A DNA stretch of 64,000 bases from an uncultured Faecalibacterium sp. (GCA_944385995.1 CALWZL010000001.1:46382-110381), one strand, 5' to 3'; shown: positions 17,473 to 27,529, counted from the first letter of the stretch. The notes: generated by a model from the letters alone, not told the origin. Translations and numbers: made by a program.

Positions 17473-18675
17473 TCAGGCATTGAAGGTAAAGTATCCCTGT
17501 TCATCCTCGTCCACGATGGCCAGATAGGTGCGGCCGCGGTTGAACGTCACCGGCTGGCCGTTGTCGGTCACTTCGAGGGGGAGATCGGGGGCCAGTTTGG
17601 ACCACTGGCAGACCCGCACCCGGCCCCGGGTAAAGAGATAGGCTTCGCCGCCGGCGATATACTGGACCTCCTGCACATCGCCCGAGTCGCCGGCATAGGC
17701 GGCAATGGGTGCAAAGCAGACCAGGAGGTTTTCAAAGGCCAGCTGCTGGCCGTTCAGCTCATCCACCGCAGCTTCAAAGGCGCCGGTGCGGGCGCTGTAC
17801 ATCTGCATCCGGTAGACCTTGTCAGGGGCGCTGTAGGTAAAGGCGGACTGGTACTTGGCCGAATGCCGGACGGTGACCGACCGGGCAGCCTGACAGCCTT
17901 CCAGCAGCTCGATCTCGCCGGTGCGGTAGTCAGTGAAGGGGAAGAAGGTGTTGTCGTAGTTGTAGGTCAAGCCGATGCCGGCATTGGCGGCGGCCTGACG
18001 GATCTCAGGCCCGGAGGTGAATTCGGTGTGCTCATAGGCCACCACACCGCCGCGGCTGTCCCGATGGGCCACATGGGGATGGGTGGGGGTGTTGAAATAG
18101 CTCTTGCCGCCGATGTTCAGCCCGGAGTAATTCCACTGGTTGATGTACTGGGTGCAAAAAACGCTCTCGCCGTCGTGATAGTAGAGGGCCTGCCAGGGCA
18201 TCACCAACTGGAGGAACTGATCCCGGCCTGACCGCAGGGGACCGACCTCGGGAATGGCGTCTACATTGTCATAGAGGGCGCAGAGCCGGCTGATGCTGCC
18301 CTCCACCTTGGATTCGATGACAATGGAAGCCGACGACAGACCCCGCTGGGGCCGCGCATTTTGCCGGGCGCTGTTGCAGATGTTGTTGACCATGACCGCA
18401 ATGATCCGACCGCTGCCGGTTTTGGCTTCACCGGTGAGGGGATCGGCGTCATAAGGGGGCAGGGCCGGGGCACTGCTGGAGGCCGGCTGTGAAGAAGCGG
18501 CGGCAGAGGACGAGGAAGAAGCTGCGCTGGAGGAGGAAGAGGAGGGGGCCTCTCCCTTGCCCAGCAGACTCTGGAGCCAATCCATGAAACTGCTCTTGGC
18601 GCTGGCACCTGTGAGGGCCAGGCATCCGGCGAAGGCTGCCGAACAGCGCAGCAGCAGACGGCGAGTGATCTTCAT
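17473..18675 (-). CDS. DUF3048 domain-containing secreted protein
   Basis: DPLTG, AVMVNN, ARPQRGLSSA, VEG.ISRL, VGPLRSGR motifs; signal peptide and Ser-rich linker. Confidence 0.82.
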   Translation of the reverse strand: MKITRRLLLRCSAAFAGCLALTGASAKSSFMDWLQSLLGKGEAPSSSSSSAASSSSSAAASSQPASSSAPALPPYDADPLTGEAKTGSGRIIAVMVNNICNSARQNARPQRGLSSASIVIESKVEGSISRLCALYDNVDAIPEVGPLRSGRDQFLQLVMPWQALYYHDGESVFCTQYINQWNYSGLNIGGKSYFNTPTHPHVAHRDSRGGVVAYEHTEFTSGPEIRQAAANAGIGLTYNYDNTFFPFTDYRTGEIELLEGCQAARSVTVRHSAKYQSAFTYSAPDKVYRMQMYSARTGAFEAAVDELNGQQLAFENLLVCFAPIAAYAGDSGDVQEVQYIAGGEAYLFTRGRVRVCQWSKLAPDLPLEVTDNGQPVTFNRGRTYLAIVDEDEQGYFTFNA

Positions 18676-18854
18676 AAATCTATCTCTCCTTTACAGTGGG
18701 GGATCAGCCGGGGCGCAGCCCCGGCTGGTTGGTACACAAATGTGCGCATCCAGGTACCCTGTATATCTCCCATTGTAACTATTTTGTATCTCTTTGTAAA
18801 GAGGAACTTCCTTCCGCCCCGGCGGCCCGCCGGCGGACTTTTTTGCGGCAGCTC

Positions 18855-18883
18855 TTGCAATTTATGCCCGGGTGTGGTAAAAT
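18855..18883 (+). promoter_or_regulatory. Promoter of tRNA-Lys
   Basis: TTGCAA-17-TAAAAT with extended TG. Confidence 0.65.
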
Positions 18884-18926
18884 AGTCGGGCAGTATAGCA
18901 CTGCCCTGTTTCAGTATGCAGTATAT

Positions 18927-19002
18927 GCGCTCGTAGCTCAGTCGGTAGAGCATCTGACTTTTAATCAGAGGGCCCGGGATTCGAGTTCCCGCGAGCGCAC
19001 CA
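18927..19002 (+). tRNA. tRNA-Lys (anticodon UUU)
   Basis: 76-nt cloverleaf: GCGCTCG/CGAGCGC acceptor stem, TAGCTCAGTCGGTAGAGC D arm, TCTGA-CTTTTAA-TCAGA anticodon arm, TTCGA T loop, encoded CCA. Confidence 0.97.
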
Positions 19003-19043
19003 AAAGCCCACGGTCAATCCTACGATTGACCGTGGGCTTTTTT
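19002..19043. terminator. Bidirectional intrinsic terminator
   Basis: aaaagcccacggtcaatc-ctac-gattgaccgtgggctttt. Confidence 0.85.
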
Positions 19044-19104
19044 GCTAAGCTGTGAAAATTGTGTGCCATGCTTCCGGCACGGTTGCTTTGGAGGGTTTCG
19101 GCTG

Positions 19105-20718
19105 TCAGATAGTGGCAGACGCAGGAGTCAGCTGGTATACATGGTCGAACTGGGCTTTGCGTTCATCGCTCAGGTGATGACTAATCAGGATCAGGGTCAG
19201 GTCGGGGTTGGACAGCAGGCTCTTTTCCACGATGTCGGCGTTTTTCTGGTCCAGGGCGCTGGTGCCCTCGTCCACCAGGAGGATGCTGCGGTTATGGATC
19301 AGAGCACGGGCGATGGCCACACGCTGTTTCTGGCCGCCCGAAAGAGCGCTGCCTTCCTCGCCCACCAGCGTATCCAGACCCTGGGGCATGTTGACAAGGT
19401 CGCCTGCCAGGGCGCTGTCACGCAGAGCCTTTTCCATCTGCTCGTCGGTAAAGTGCTCACCCAGGGTAATGTTTTCCCGGATGGTGGTGTTGAACAGGAA
19501 CACATCCTGTTCGATGTAGCTCATCTGCTGCTGGAGTTGCTCGGGCGTATAATCCCGCATATCCTTGCCGTCAAGCGTCACCTTGCCCTGATAGCCGGGC
19601 AGCCAGCCAAGAAGAATCTTCAGCAGGGTGCTCTTGCCGCAGCCCGAGGGGCCGGTGAGCGCATATTTGCCGCCCTTCTTGAACTGGGCGTTCATGTGGA
19701 CCAGGATCGGCTTCTTTTCATCATAGCAGAAAAAGACATCCTTGACCGTAATGCCTTCCTGCAGGGCAGGCAGGCCGAAATCCGGGAGCTGTGCCTCGCC
19801 GGCATGGACGGTAATCTTATCGAAATAAGGCTTGCTGGCCGAGAAGGACACTGCAAGTTTGGACACCTGGTTCAGTCCATTATACACGCCGGCGCAGATG
19901 GTGCCGGTGCCCATAAAGGTGGCCAGAGGAATCATATCATGGAGGATCAGGACACCCAGCAGGATGACAACGGCCACCTGGCAGACGGCGCTGATATAGG
20001 CCAGGCCGCAGCCGATGCTGTCCTTGTTGATGGTCAGTTTGTACTTGGCCTGCTCCATCCTGTCGCTGGCTGCATCGACTCCGCTGGTAAACCGTTCATC
20101 CTTGCCAAAGAAGCGAAGTACATCGTAGCCTGCCAGCAGATCCTTGATTTTACTGACGCTGTCCGCCTGGCTGGCGGCGCAGGCTGCGCCAACGGTTCCC
20201 AGCCGTTTGCTGAACAGACGAGGAACGAAGATCATGACCAATGCAATGACCAGAGAAACCACCAGCAACAGCCAATGAATGGATGCCAGCGCAATGATGC
20301 CGAACACCACCTGTGCCGCCGAGCCCATGATGGTGAAAAACGGAGTCCAGGCCATCTGTTCAATCTGGTTCACGTCGTTGGTGAACTGGGAGAGGTATTC
20401 GCCGCTCTCCTGCTGATGATATTCCTGATGGTTTTTGTGCAGCAGGCCCGCCGCCATATCCCGGCGCAGTGCGTTGTTCATCCGGCGCACGGCCCGGCCC
20501 TGGAAGAAGGTCTCTGCAACCAGGCAAAGGACCACGGCCAGCCAGGTCAGCAGAAGAAGAATGATCTGAATGGTGAAAGCCCGCAGATCACCGTCCAGCA
20601 GCCCCTGGGTAACTTGAATCTGTACCAGACTGGTGCAGACCTGCAAGCCATAGGCAATCACCATACAGATGGAGGCCGCTGTAACGGCCGGCCAACACTT
20701 TTTTAAATAGTATTTCAT
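19105..20718 (-). CDS. ABC exporter, fused permease/ATPase
   Basis: N-terminal TM domain; [27 protein letters not shown] motifs. Confidence 0.93.
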   Translation of the reverse strand: MKYYLKKCWPAVTAASICMVIAYGLQVCTSLVQIQVTQGLLDGDLRAFTIQIILLLLTWLAVVLCLVAETFFQGRAVRRMNNALRRDMAAGLLHKNHQEYHQQESGEYLSQFTNDVNQIEQMAWTPFFTIMGSAAQVVFGIIALASIHWLLLVVSLVIALVMIFVPRLFSKRLGTVGAACAASQADSVSKIKDLLAGYDVLRFFGKDERFTSGVDAASDRMEQAKYKLTINKDSIGCGLAYISAVCQVAVVILLGVLILHDMIPLATFMGTGTICAGVYNGLNQVSKLAVSFSASKPYFDKITVHAGEAQLPDFGLPALQEGITVKDVFFCYDEKKPILVHMNAQFKKGGKYALTGPSGCGKSTLLKILLGWLPGYQGKVTLDGKDMRDYTPEQLQQQMSYIEQDVFLFNTTIRENITLGEHFTDEQMEKALRDSALAGDLVNMPQGLDTLVGEEGSALSGGQKQRVAIARALIHNRSILLVDEGTSALDQKNADIVEKSLLSNPDLTLILISHHLSDERKAQFDHVYQLTPASATI

Positions 20719-21116
20719 GGTTTCTCTCTCCTGTCATGCTAAAGTTTCGGGCCGGGAAGGGGCCGAAGTGGTTTCAATCGTTTATCTGCTGGAGTGGCCT
20801 TGCGCCTGGCTGCCTGTTCCAGGCGAACCAGACCGGGCGGCAAGATGTCCGGGCCCTGGAAGGGGCAGCCGGACGGGATTCCGTGCCGCGGCTTTTGCGC
20901 CGCATCCTGGTCACCTCGCACCTACAGTATAGCAAAAGACCCGCCGGAGCGGGTCTTTGGGGGATGAACTGTCGTTTTCGGGGGACGAATTGCAACTGGA
21001 AACCATGGATTGAACCAAAAACGGCGGCCGCCTCCCACACAGCCAGAGGGTGGAGAGGCGGCCGTCTGATTGGATTGATAGAAAGGAAGCGGTTTTCCGG
21101 CAGTCCGCCGATGGGA

Positions 21117-21242
21117 TTACCGGGAGTGGCGGATCAGCCAGGAGATCATCCAGACAATCACCGCGATGAAAAGCAGCGGGATGAGCAGGTGAAGCAGCAT
21201 GAAGCACAGGCCGATGGCCATATGAAACAGGGCAAAGAACAT
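21117..21242 (-). CDS. Small hydrophobic membrane protein (41 aa), absent from the ORF track
   Basis: GAGGAGG RBS then MFFALFHMAIGLCFMLLHLLIPLLFIAVIVWMISWLIRHSR*. Confidence 0.7.
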   Translation of the reverse strand: MFFALFHMAIGLCFMLLHLLIPLLFIAVIVWMISWLIRHSR

Positions 21243-21273
21243 GATCGGTTTCCTCCTCAGGAATCAGGGCATA

Positions 21274-22036
21274 TTATGAATCTTCTGGGAAGACAACTTC
21301 GACGCTGCCCATGGAACATTGAATCTGGATGGTTTTGGCGCTGCCGTTGTCGATGGAATGGCTTCCGCGGGCCCCGGCAAAGGACTGACTGCCGACGGCG
21401 ATATGGCCGAGGTCGTATTCCAGTTCATAGTTGAAGTCTGAGGGGCGGCCGCTGAGCTGGAGTAGGGTTTCGCCCTGCAGGTGGTCCACCTGCGCGGAGC
21501 CCTCCACCTGCCCGGTGTAATGCAGGACGCCCTGCTGGCAGGAAGTGGAGAGGGTGCCGGTGCAGAGATTTTCTGCGGACAGGTTGCCGCCGTTGACGGT
21601 CAGGGAGACCGCCTGAAAATGGGTGCCCTGGGGAACGGTCAGCACAATGGGTTCCGATCGGGTGGTGTTGACCGAGAGAAGATAGGCGCCATCCTCCCAG
21701 GAGACCTGGCATTCGCTCCCGCTGTCATCGGAGAGACCGAAATGGTCCCCCTGCACCAGACGAAGCATACCGTGTTCCACCGAACAGCGCAGTTCGGCCG
21801 GGACGGCGGCGTCAGGCTGGGCCGGGACGGAGAGGGCCGCATCCTCTCCGCCGGTGACGCTTGCCGCCTGACCGGTGGGACCGGAAACCGACGGATCAGA
21901 GAGGGAAGCGGTTTCGACCGCAGAGACGGACGGAGCATCAGCGGCGTCCGTTCGGTACAGATGAAAAACAGCCGCGGTGAGTACCAGCACGGCGGCCATC
22001 AAAAGGGCGATCAGCGAGAGCAATCCATTTTTGCAT
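21274..22036 (-). pseudogene. DUF4097/adhesin-like beta-strand-repeat protein; RBS-linked ATG is out of frame by 1 nt
   Basis: Long frame 21274-22023 with a hydrophobic N-terminus and C-terminal DFNYELEYDLGHI..IQIQCSMGSVEV; AGGAGG-8nt-ATG at 22036 is frameshifted relative to it. Confidence 0.55.
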
Positions 22037-22206
22037 AAAAAATTCCTCCTATGTCTTTATTCTACCGCATTTTTGACTTGGATACAATCATTATAAAATG
22101 CCGTGTCAAAAAATGAAGGCCGGGGAAGATGGTTCTGGAGGAAGGTGAGGGGACAAAAAAGGGCTGCCCGCCGCCCGGAACAGGCGACAGACAGCCCTTT
22201 GCAGAT

Positions 22207-22689
22207 TCAGAAGCGAAGCCGCATTTGATACCAGACCACATCCCCGTGGGTGGACTGGGAAATGCCCTCGCTGACAAAGCCGAATTTGGCGTAATAGTGG
22301 ACCAGGCGGTCCTTGCAGGTCAAAACCAGACCCCGGCGGCCCTGGGCCCGGGCCTGACCGATGACATGTTCCAGCAGGAGGGCGGCGCAGCCCCGGCGGC
22401 GGTAGGCCGGCAGGGTGTCCACTCCAAAAATCATCTGCCAGGCGCCGGCCTCGTTGTGGAGGGCGGGCTGGTCGTACATCTCGTCCTGAAGGTCGGGCTG
22501 GTCGGTGACCATGCCGTTCACAAAGCCGATGACGGTGCCGCCGTCGGTCAGAAGCCAAAAATGATGGGGATAGACGGCCAGACGGCCGGCCAGGCTTTCC
22601 CGGCCGGCCGCTTCTGCCGGCGGAAAACAGGCCGCTTCGATGGCGGCGACCGCATCCAGGTCACCGGGAGCGGCGGTGCGGATCTCCAT
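22207..22689 (-). CDS. GNAT family N-acetyltransferase
   Basis: IEAACFPPAEA, YRRRG, LTCK..L..YYAKFGF motifs. Confidence 0.92.
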   Translation of the reverse strand: MEIRTAAPGDLDAVAAIEAACFPPAEAAGRESLAGRLAVYPHHFWLLTDGGTVIGFVNGMVTDQPDLQDEMYDQPALHNEAGAWQMIFGVDTLPAYRRRGCAALLLEHVIGQARAQGRRGLVLTCKDRLVHYYAKFGFVSEGISQSTHGDVVWYQMRLRF

Positions 22690-22702
22690 GCGACTGCCTC
22701 CC

Positions 22703-24010
22703 TTACTGGCCCTGCATCATGATCTTGACAATTTCCTTGTCGGTCTCCCGCATGCCTTCCCGGCCCAGCTGGCTCACGTTGCGGATGGTGTTCTCGACGC
22801 CCTTGGTGACGATGCCGTCCCCCGCCAGGAACTGCTGGCCGTTCAGGTACATGTGATAGCCCATGATGCCGGCCTCCACGCTGGAGGCGATTTTGGCGGC
22901 ACAGCTGGGCTTGGCGCCGTCGCAGATGATGCCCGAGACGATGGCCAGCGAGTTCACCAGGGTGTGGGCGATGGCCTCATAGTCGGCCCCCTGGAGATAG
23001 GCGATGCCGCAGCCTGCCGCGCAGCCGGCGCTGACGGCGCCGCAGTAGGCGGACAGACGGCCGATGCCGCTCTTTTCGTGGATGGCGATCAGGTTGGAGA
23101 CGGCCAAAGCCCGATACAGCCGTTCCTTGGGGACGGCCAGGGCCTTGGCGTACTCAATCACCGGCACCGACACCGTGATGCCCTGGTTGCCGCTGCCCGA
23201 GTTGATGACCACCGGGAGCTCACAGCCGCTCATCCGGGCATCCGAACCGGCGGCCGCCTTGGCAATGGCCCGGTTGCGAACGTCGTCGCCGTAGAATTTC
23301 AGCATGGTGGAGCCGATGTTGGCGCCGTAGTCCCCCAGCAGGCCCTCCTCCGAAATCTGGGTGTTGTACTGGATCTGGGTGTCCAGCACCGGCCGGATGT
23401 CGGCCAGGTCGCAGGTGTTGGCAAAGTCCAGGATGTCGGCGATGGTCAACAGGTTCTTGTCGGTGAGTCCCGCCTCGGCGGGGCCGTCCGAACCGCAGCC
23501 GCCCTTGGTCTGGGCGGCGGTGTTGTCCAGCAGGACCTGCCCGTTCTTCTCGATGTAGACAATGTTGGTGTGGTACTGGCTGATCCGCACCACCGCCGAT
23601 TCGCTGCCGCTGGTCAGCCGGATGATGATGTCGAAAATCATCCCGTTGTCCACCGGATGGACCGACACCGGCACCTGTGCCAGAAAGCGGCGCATGTCGG
23701 CCTTCTGCTGGTCGCTGACCTGGGAAATGACCTCCAGAGCCTTGGGGGCCTGGCCGGCCACCACGCCGGCGGCTGCGGCGGCTTCGATGCCCTTCATCCC
23801 GTCGGTGTTGGGCACAATGACGCTCTTGACGTTCTTGATGATGTTGTTGCTGACCCCGATTTCCACCGTCTGGGGCAGGCAGCCCAGCACCTCCCGGGCC
23901 TTGGCGGCGGCGTAGGCGATGGCGATGGGCTCGGTGCAGCCCATGGCCGGGATCAATTCCTCTTTCAGAATCTGTACATATGCCTGGTAGAGTTTGCTCG
24001 TCTTTTCCAT
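22703..24010 (-). CDS. Serine dehydratase-alpha family / L-cysteine desulfidase-like protein (UPF0597)
   Basis: GCTEP, SDARMSG, GSGNQG, RLSAYCG, CDGAKPSCA motifs. Confidence 0.88.
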   Translation of the reverse strand: MEKTSKLYQAYVQILKEELIPAMGCTEPIAIAYAAAKAREVLGCLPQTVEIGVSNNIIKNVKSVIVPNTDGMKGIEAAAAAGVVAGQAPKALEVISQVSDQQKADMRRFLAQVPVSVHPVDNGMIFDIIIRLTSGSESAVVRISQYHTNIVYIEKNGQVLLDNTAAQTKGGCGSDGPAEAGLTDKNLLTIADILDFANTCDLADIRPVLDTQIQYNTQISEEGLLGDYGANIGSTMLKFYGDDVRNRAIAKAAAGSDARMSGCELPVVINSGSGNQGITVSVPVIEYAKALAVPKERLYRALAVSNLIAIHEKSGIGRLSAYCGAVSAGCAAGCGIAYLQGADYEAIAHTLVNSLAIVSGIICDGAKPSCAAKIASSVEAGIMGYHMYLNGQQFLAGDGIVTKGVENTIRNVSQLGREGMRETDKEIVKIMMQGQ

Positions 24011-24172
24011 TGCTGTAATCTCCTTCTGGCGGCCGGCAGGGACCGGCCGTGCACGGTATAAATATACACATTCCGGCGGCGGATTGCAACCAAAGAAATG
24101 CGCCCCGGGACATCTTTCCCATCTGGGATACAATCAGGTAAAAAAATCCTGCATGGTTTCGCCTCCTTCCAC

Positions 24173-24201
24173 TTGACAAGCGGACGGATGTTTCGTAAAC
24201 T
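24173..24201 (+). promoter_or_regulatory. Sigma-A promoter upstream of the rny leader
   Basis: TTGACA-17-TAAACT. Confidence 0.65.
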
Positions 24202-24207
24202 AATAAA

Positions 24208-24450
24208 TAGTAGAAACAACGGGGTTTCAGGCTGTCTGACCAGCCCGAAGCTCCTTGGAAGGGCAGCGGACGGCTGAGCCCGACGTTGGAGCGGGAGGCT
24301 TCGGCGCTGCCCCGGGGTGTTGTTTCGAGGGATGCAGGCGCTGCGCGATGCCTCCGGGCTGACCACGGCGCGGCCACTGCTCCGAAACAACCCCGCCAGA
24401 TGCTGCTTGCAGGGCCGCTGCCCACAGACGAACCGAGCAATTTGCTCGTT
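24208..24450 (+). ncRNA. Candidate structured RNA / long rny leader
   Basis: Long-range stems 24261-24269/24415-24423 and 24314-24327/24383-24394; no RBS-supported ORF. Confidence 0.45.
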
Positions 24451-24626
24451 ACTATTTATAAGCTTGAAACTGTAACTTGGAAGCCGCCGACCCGCGCGCC
24501 GGTCTTGTTCCTGTGCGCGGTTTTGTTGTCTTTTTCGATCAAAGGCTCACTTATAGATAAAAGGTTTATGCCCGCGCTCTGCCGCAGCATCTCCACAAAC
24601 CATTTGAATTTGAGGAGAACGAAACA

Positions 24627-26210
24627 ATGGAAGCGACCACGATGATTGTCACTGTCGTGATCGCCCTCGTTGCACTTGCTGTCGGCGCAGCCGCGGGCTT
24701 TTTTGGTGGATTCAACTACCGCAAAAAGACCGCAGAGGCCCAGATCGGCAGTGCAGAAGCCGAGGCAACCCGGCTGGTGAACGAGGCGATCAAGACAGCC
24801 ACCCAAAAGAAGAAAGAAGCCATTCTCGAAGCCAAGGACGAAGTGTTTCGGATGAAGGCGGACGTAGATGCCCAGAAGGCGGAAGCCGACCGGGAGATCA
24901 AGCAGCGCCGCGCCGAGATCAGCCGTCAGGAAAACCGGATTGACCAGAAGGAAAACGCGCTGGACAAAAAGACCGAAGCCCTGGAAAAGCGGGAAGAGGA
25001 TGTCAAGAAGCGGATGGCCGAGGCGGAAGCCCACCTGGCCGAAGCCGACGAACTGCGGGCCAAGCAGATGGAGCGGCTGGAGATGCTGGCCGGCCTGAGC
25101 CAGGCCGACGCCCGGGAAGTGCTGCTGAACAAGGTGGATGAGGAGCTGACCCACGAAAAGGCCCTCCGTGTGGCCACCTACGAGTCGGATCTGAAGGACG
25201 ACTGTGAGAACATCGCCCGGAATATGATTGCCCAGGCCATCAGCCGGTGCGCTGCCGACCATTCCAGCGAGACCACCGTCACGGTGGTGCCCCTGCCCAG
25301 CGACGAGATGAAGGGCCGGATCATCGGCCGCGAGGGCCGGAACATCCGGGCCCTGGAGACCGCCACCGGCGTGGATCTCATCATCGACGACACCCCCGAG
25401 GCCATTACTCTGTCCTCCTTCGACCAGACCCGCCGCGAGGTGGCCCGGATGACCCTGGAGCGCCTGATCGGCGACGGCCGTATCCACCCGGCCCGGATCG
25501 AGGAGACGGTGGAAAAGTGCCGTCGCGAGCTGGAAATCCAGATGAAGAAAGAGGGCGAGCGTGCGGTCATGGAGCTTGGCATCCACGGCCTGCACCCCGA
25601 CCTGGTCAAGCTGATCGGCCGTCTGAAGTACCGCACCAGCTTTGGCCAGAACGCCCTGACCCACAGCATGGAAGTGGCCTGGCTGTCCGGCCTGCTGGCC
25701 AGCGAATTGGGCGTCAATGTGACCATGGCCCGGCGTGCCGGCCTGCTGCATGACATCGGCAAGGCCCTGGATCATGAGATCGAGGGCAGCCATGTCCAGA
25801 TCGGCGTGGATATCTGCCGCAAGTACAAGGAGAACGCCCAGGTCATCCATGCCGTCGAGGCGCACCACGGCGACGTGGAGCCCAAGACCCCCCTGGCCTT
25901 CATCGTCCAGGCCGCCGACGCCATCAGCGCAGCCCGGCCCGGCGCCCGCCGTGAGAACGTGGAGAGCTATGTCCGCCGTCTGGAGAACCTGGAGGAGATT
26001 GCCTCCGGCTTCGAGGGCGTCGAGCAGGCCTTTGCCGTTCAGGCCGGCCGGGAAGTGCGGATCATGGTCAAGCCCGATGTCATCGGGGACGATCAGGTCA
26101 TCCTGCTGGCCCGGACCATTGCCCGAAAGATCGAGGAGAGCCTCGACTATCCCGGCCAGATCAAGGTCAACGTCATCCGGGAGAGCCGCGCCGTGGAATA
26201 CGCCAAGTAA
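24627..26210 (+). CDS. rny: Ribonuclease Y
   Basis: N-terminal TM, coiled coil, KH domain ([14 protein letters not shown]), HD domain (LLHDIGK), QAGREVR. Confidence 0.98.
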   Translation: MEATTMIVTVVIALVALAVGAAAGFFGGFNYRKKTAEAQIGSAEAEATRLVNEAIKTATQKKKEAILEAKDEVFRMKADVDAQKAEADREIKQRRAEISRQENRIDQKENALDKKTEALEKREEDVKKRMAEAEAHLAEADELRAKQMERLEMLAGLSQADAREVLLNKVDEELTHEKALRVATYESDLKDDCENIARNMIAQAISRCAADHSSETTVTVVPLPSDEMKGRIIGREGRNIRALETATGVDLIIDDTPEAITLSSFDQTRREVARMTLERLIGDGRIHPARIEETVEKCRRELEIQMKKEGERAVMELGIHGLHPDLVKLIGRLKYRTSFGQNALTHSMEVAWLSGLLASELGVNVTMARRAGLLHDIGKALDHEIEGSHVQIGVDICRKYKENAQVIHAVEAHHGDVEPKTPLAFIVQAADAISAARPGARRENVESYVRRLENLEEIASGFEGVEQAFAVQAGREVRIMVKPDVIGDDQVILLARTIARKIEESLDYPGQIKVNVIRESRAVEYAK

Positions 26211-26233
26211 TCCCGGCCCCCAAAAACAAAACA

Positions 26234-26272
26234 ACAGCCGCCGCCTTTCAGACGAAAGGCGGCGGCTGTTTT
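26234..26272. terminator. Intrinsic terminator after rny
   Basis: aacagccgccgcctttc-agac-gaaaggcggcggctgtttt. Confidence 0.85.
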
Positions 26273-26299
26273 GCTTAGCAGAGGGGCTCCATCGGGGGC

Positions 26300-26530
26300 T
26301 TATTTTTCCCGGCACTTGACGCCGTAGTTGCCCCGGCTTCCACTCTCGTATCCGCGGTAAATGTCATAGGATTTCCCATCGATCAAGACTTCATCGTCGC
26401 TGGGAAAGGTGCAGGACCAGCCATTTTTCTCGCAGTGTGCGGCGATGGCCTGATGGGCTTTTTCCACGGTGGGGTAAACGTCGGCGGGCTCATAGGGAAC
26501 CCAAAAGGCTTTTTTCAAAAAATTCAGCAT
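26300..26530 (-). CDS. Small conserved protein (DUF4318-like)
   Basis: 76 aa; GAAAGGAG RBS; KKAF..YPT..AI..HC..V.IDG..Y pattern. Confidence 0.72.
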   Translation of the reverse strand: MLNFLKKAFWVPYEPADVYPTVEKAHQAIAAHCEKNGWSCTFPSDDEVLIDGKSYDIYRGYESGSRGNYGVKCREK

Positions 26531-26578
26531 GGCGGTCTCCTTTCTGTGGTGATGGGGTGAGGGAAGCGAGCGGCAAAC

Positions 26579-27529
26579 TCAGGCGCCCACAATCAGCCGG
26601 ACGGCGCCGTAGATGCCGGCGTCGTTGCCCAGGCTGGCCTGTTTGATGGGGGTCTCCCGGCAGGACTTAAAGGCGTAGGTCTTGTAGTGCTCGGTCAGGG
26701 GCTGGAACAGCACGTCGCCGGCCCGGGCCACGCCGCCGCCCACCAGGAACACTTCGGGGTCTGCGGTGGCGGCAATGATGGCCAGCGCCAGACCCAGGTC
26801 GTCGGTCATCTGGTCCACTTCCTTGGCGGCCAGTGCGTCGCCGGCCCGGGCGGCGTCAAAGACATCCTTGGCGGCAAAGTCGGTGCCCCGCAGGGTGCAG
26901 GGGGTGTCGGGATTTTCCTCCAACAGCTTCTTCATGCAGCGGACCACGCCGGTGGCGCTGGAATACTGCTCCAGGCAGCCGTGCTTGCCGCAGCCGCAGA
27001 CGGCGGTCTCGTTTTTGTTGACGGTGATGTGGCCGATCTCGCCGCCGGCCCCGTGGGCGCCGTCGATCACCTTGCCGTTGACGATGACGCCGCCGCCGAC
27101 ACCGGTGCCCAGAGTCACCATGACGGCACTGCGGCAGCCCTTGGCGGCGCCCATCCAGATTTCACCCAGGGCGGCCACGTTGGCGTCGTTGCCCACCATT
27201 ACCTTCATCCCGTTCAGCAGCAGGGAGAGGTTGGCGGCCACATCCTGCTGGCCCCAGCCGCCCAGATTGGCGCAGACGATGGGCACCACACTGGAATCCT
27301 GAACCGGACCGGGCACGCCGATGCCGACGCCCTCGATCTGGTCGGCGGTCAGACCCTTTTCTTCCATCTTGCCCAGGAGGGCCGCTGCCAGATTGGGCAG
27401 AATGCGGATGCCCTCGTCGGAAGTGTCGGTGGGAACCTCCCATTTTTCCAGCAGAGCGCCGGCGGTGGTGAACAGGCCGACCTTGGCGGTGGTGCCGCCC
27501 AGGTCGATGCCGAATGCGTATTCCTTCAT
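26579..27529 (-). CDS. glcK: ROK family glucokinase
   Basis: GIDLGGT, NDANVAALGE, TLGTGVGGG, GEIGH, CGCGKHGCLE motifs. Confidence 0.93.
   Translation of the reverse strand: MKEYAFGIDLGGTTAKVGLFTTAGALLEKWEVPTDTSDEGIRILPNLAAALLGKMEEKGLTADQIEGVGIGVPGPVQDSSVVPIVCANLGGWGQQDVAANLSLLLNGMKVMVGNDANVAALGEIWMGAAKGCRSAVMVTLGTGVGGGVIVNGKVIDGAHGAGGEIGHITVNKNETAVCGCGKHGCLEQYSSATGVVRCMKKLLEENPDTPCTLRGTDFAAKDVFDAARAGDALAAKEVDQMTDDLGLALAIIAATADPEVFLVGGGVARAGDVLFQPLTEHYKTYAFKSCRETPIKQASLGNDAGIYGAVRLIVGA

Noticed and set aside
18985-22100. Genomic island bounded by a tRNA-Lys att duplication
   Set aside because: I saw no second copy of the tRNA 3' end and no recombinase
24314-24394. Type III hammerhead in the rny leader (CTGA…GAAAC)
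   Set aside because: The core reads CTGACCA rather than CTGANGA, and stems I and II do not close properly
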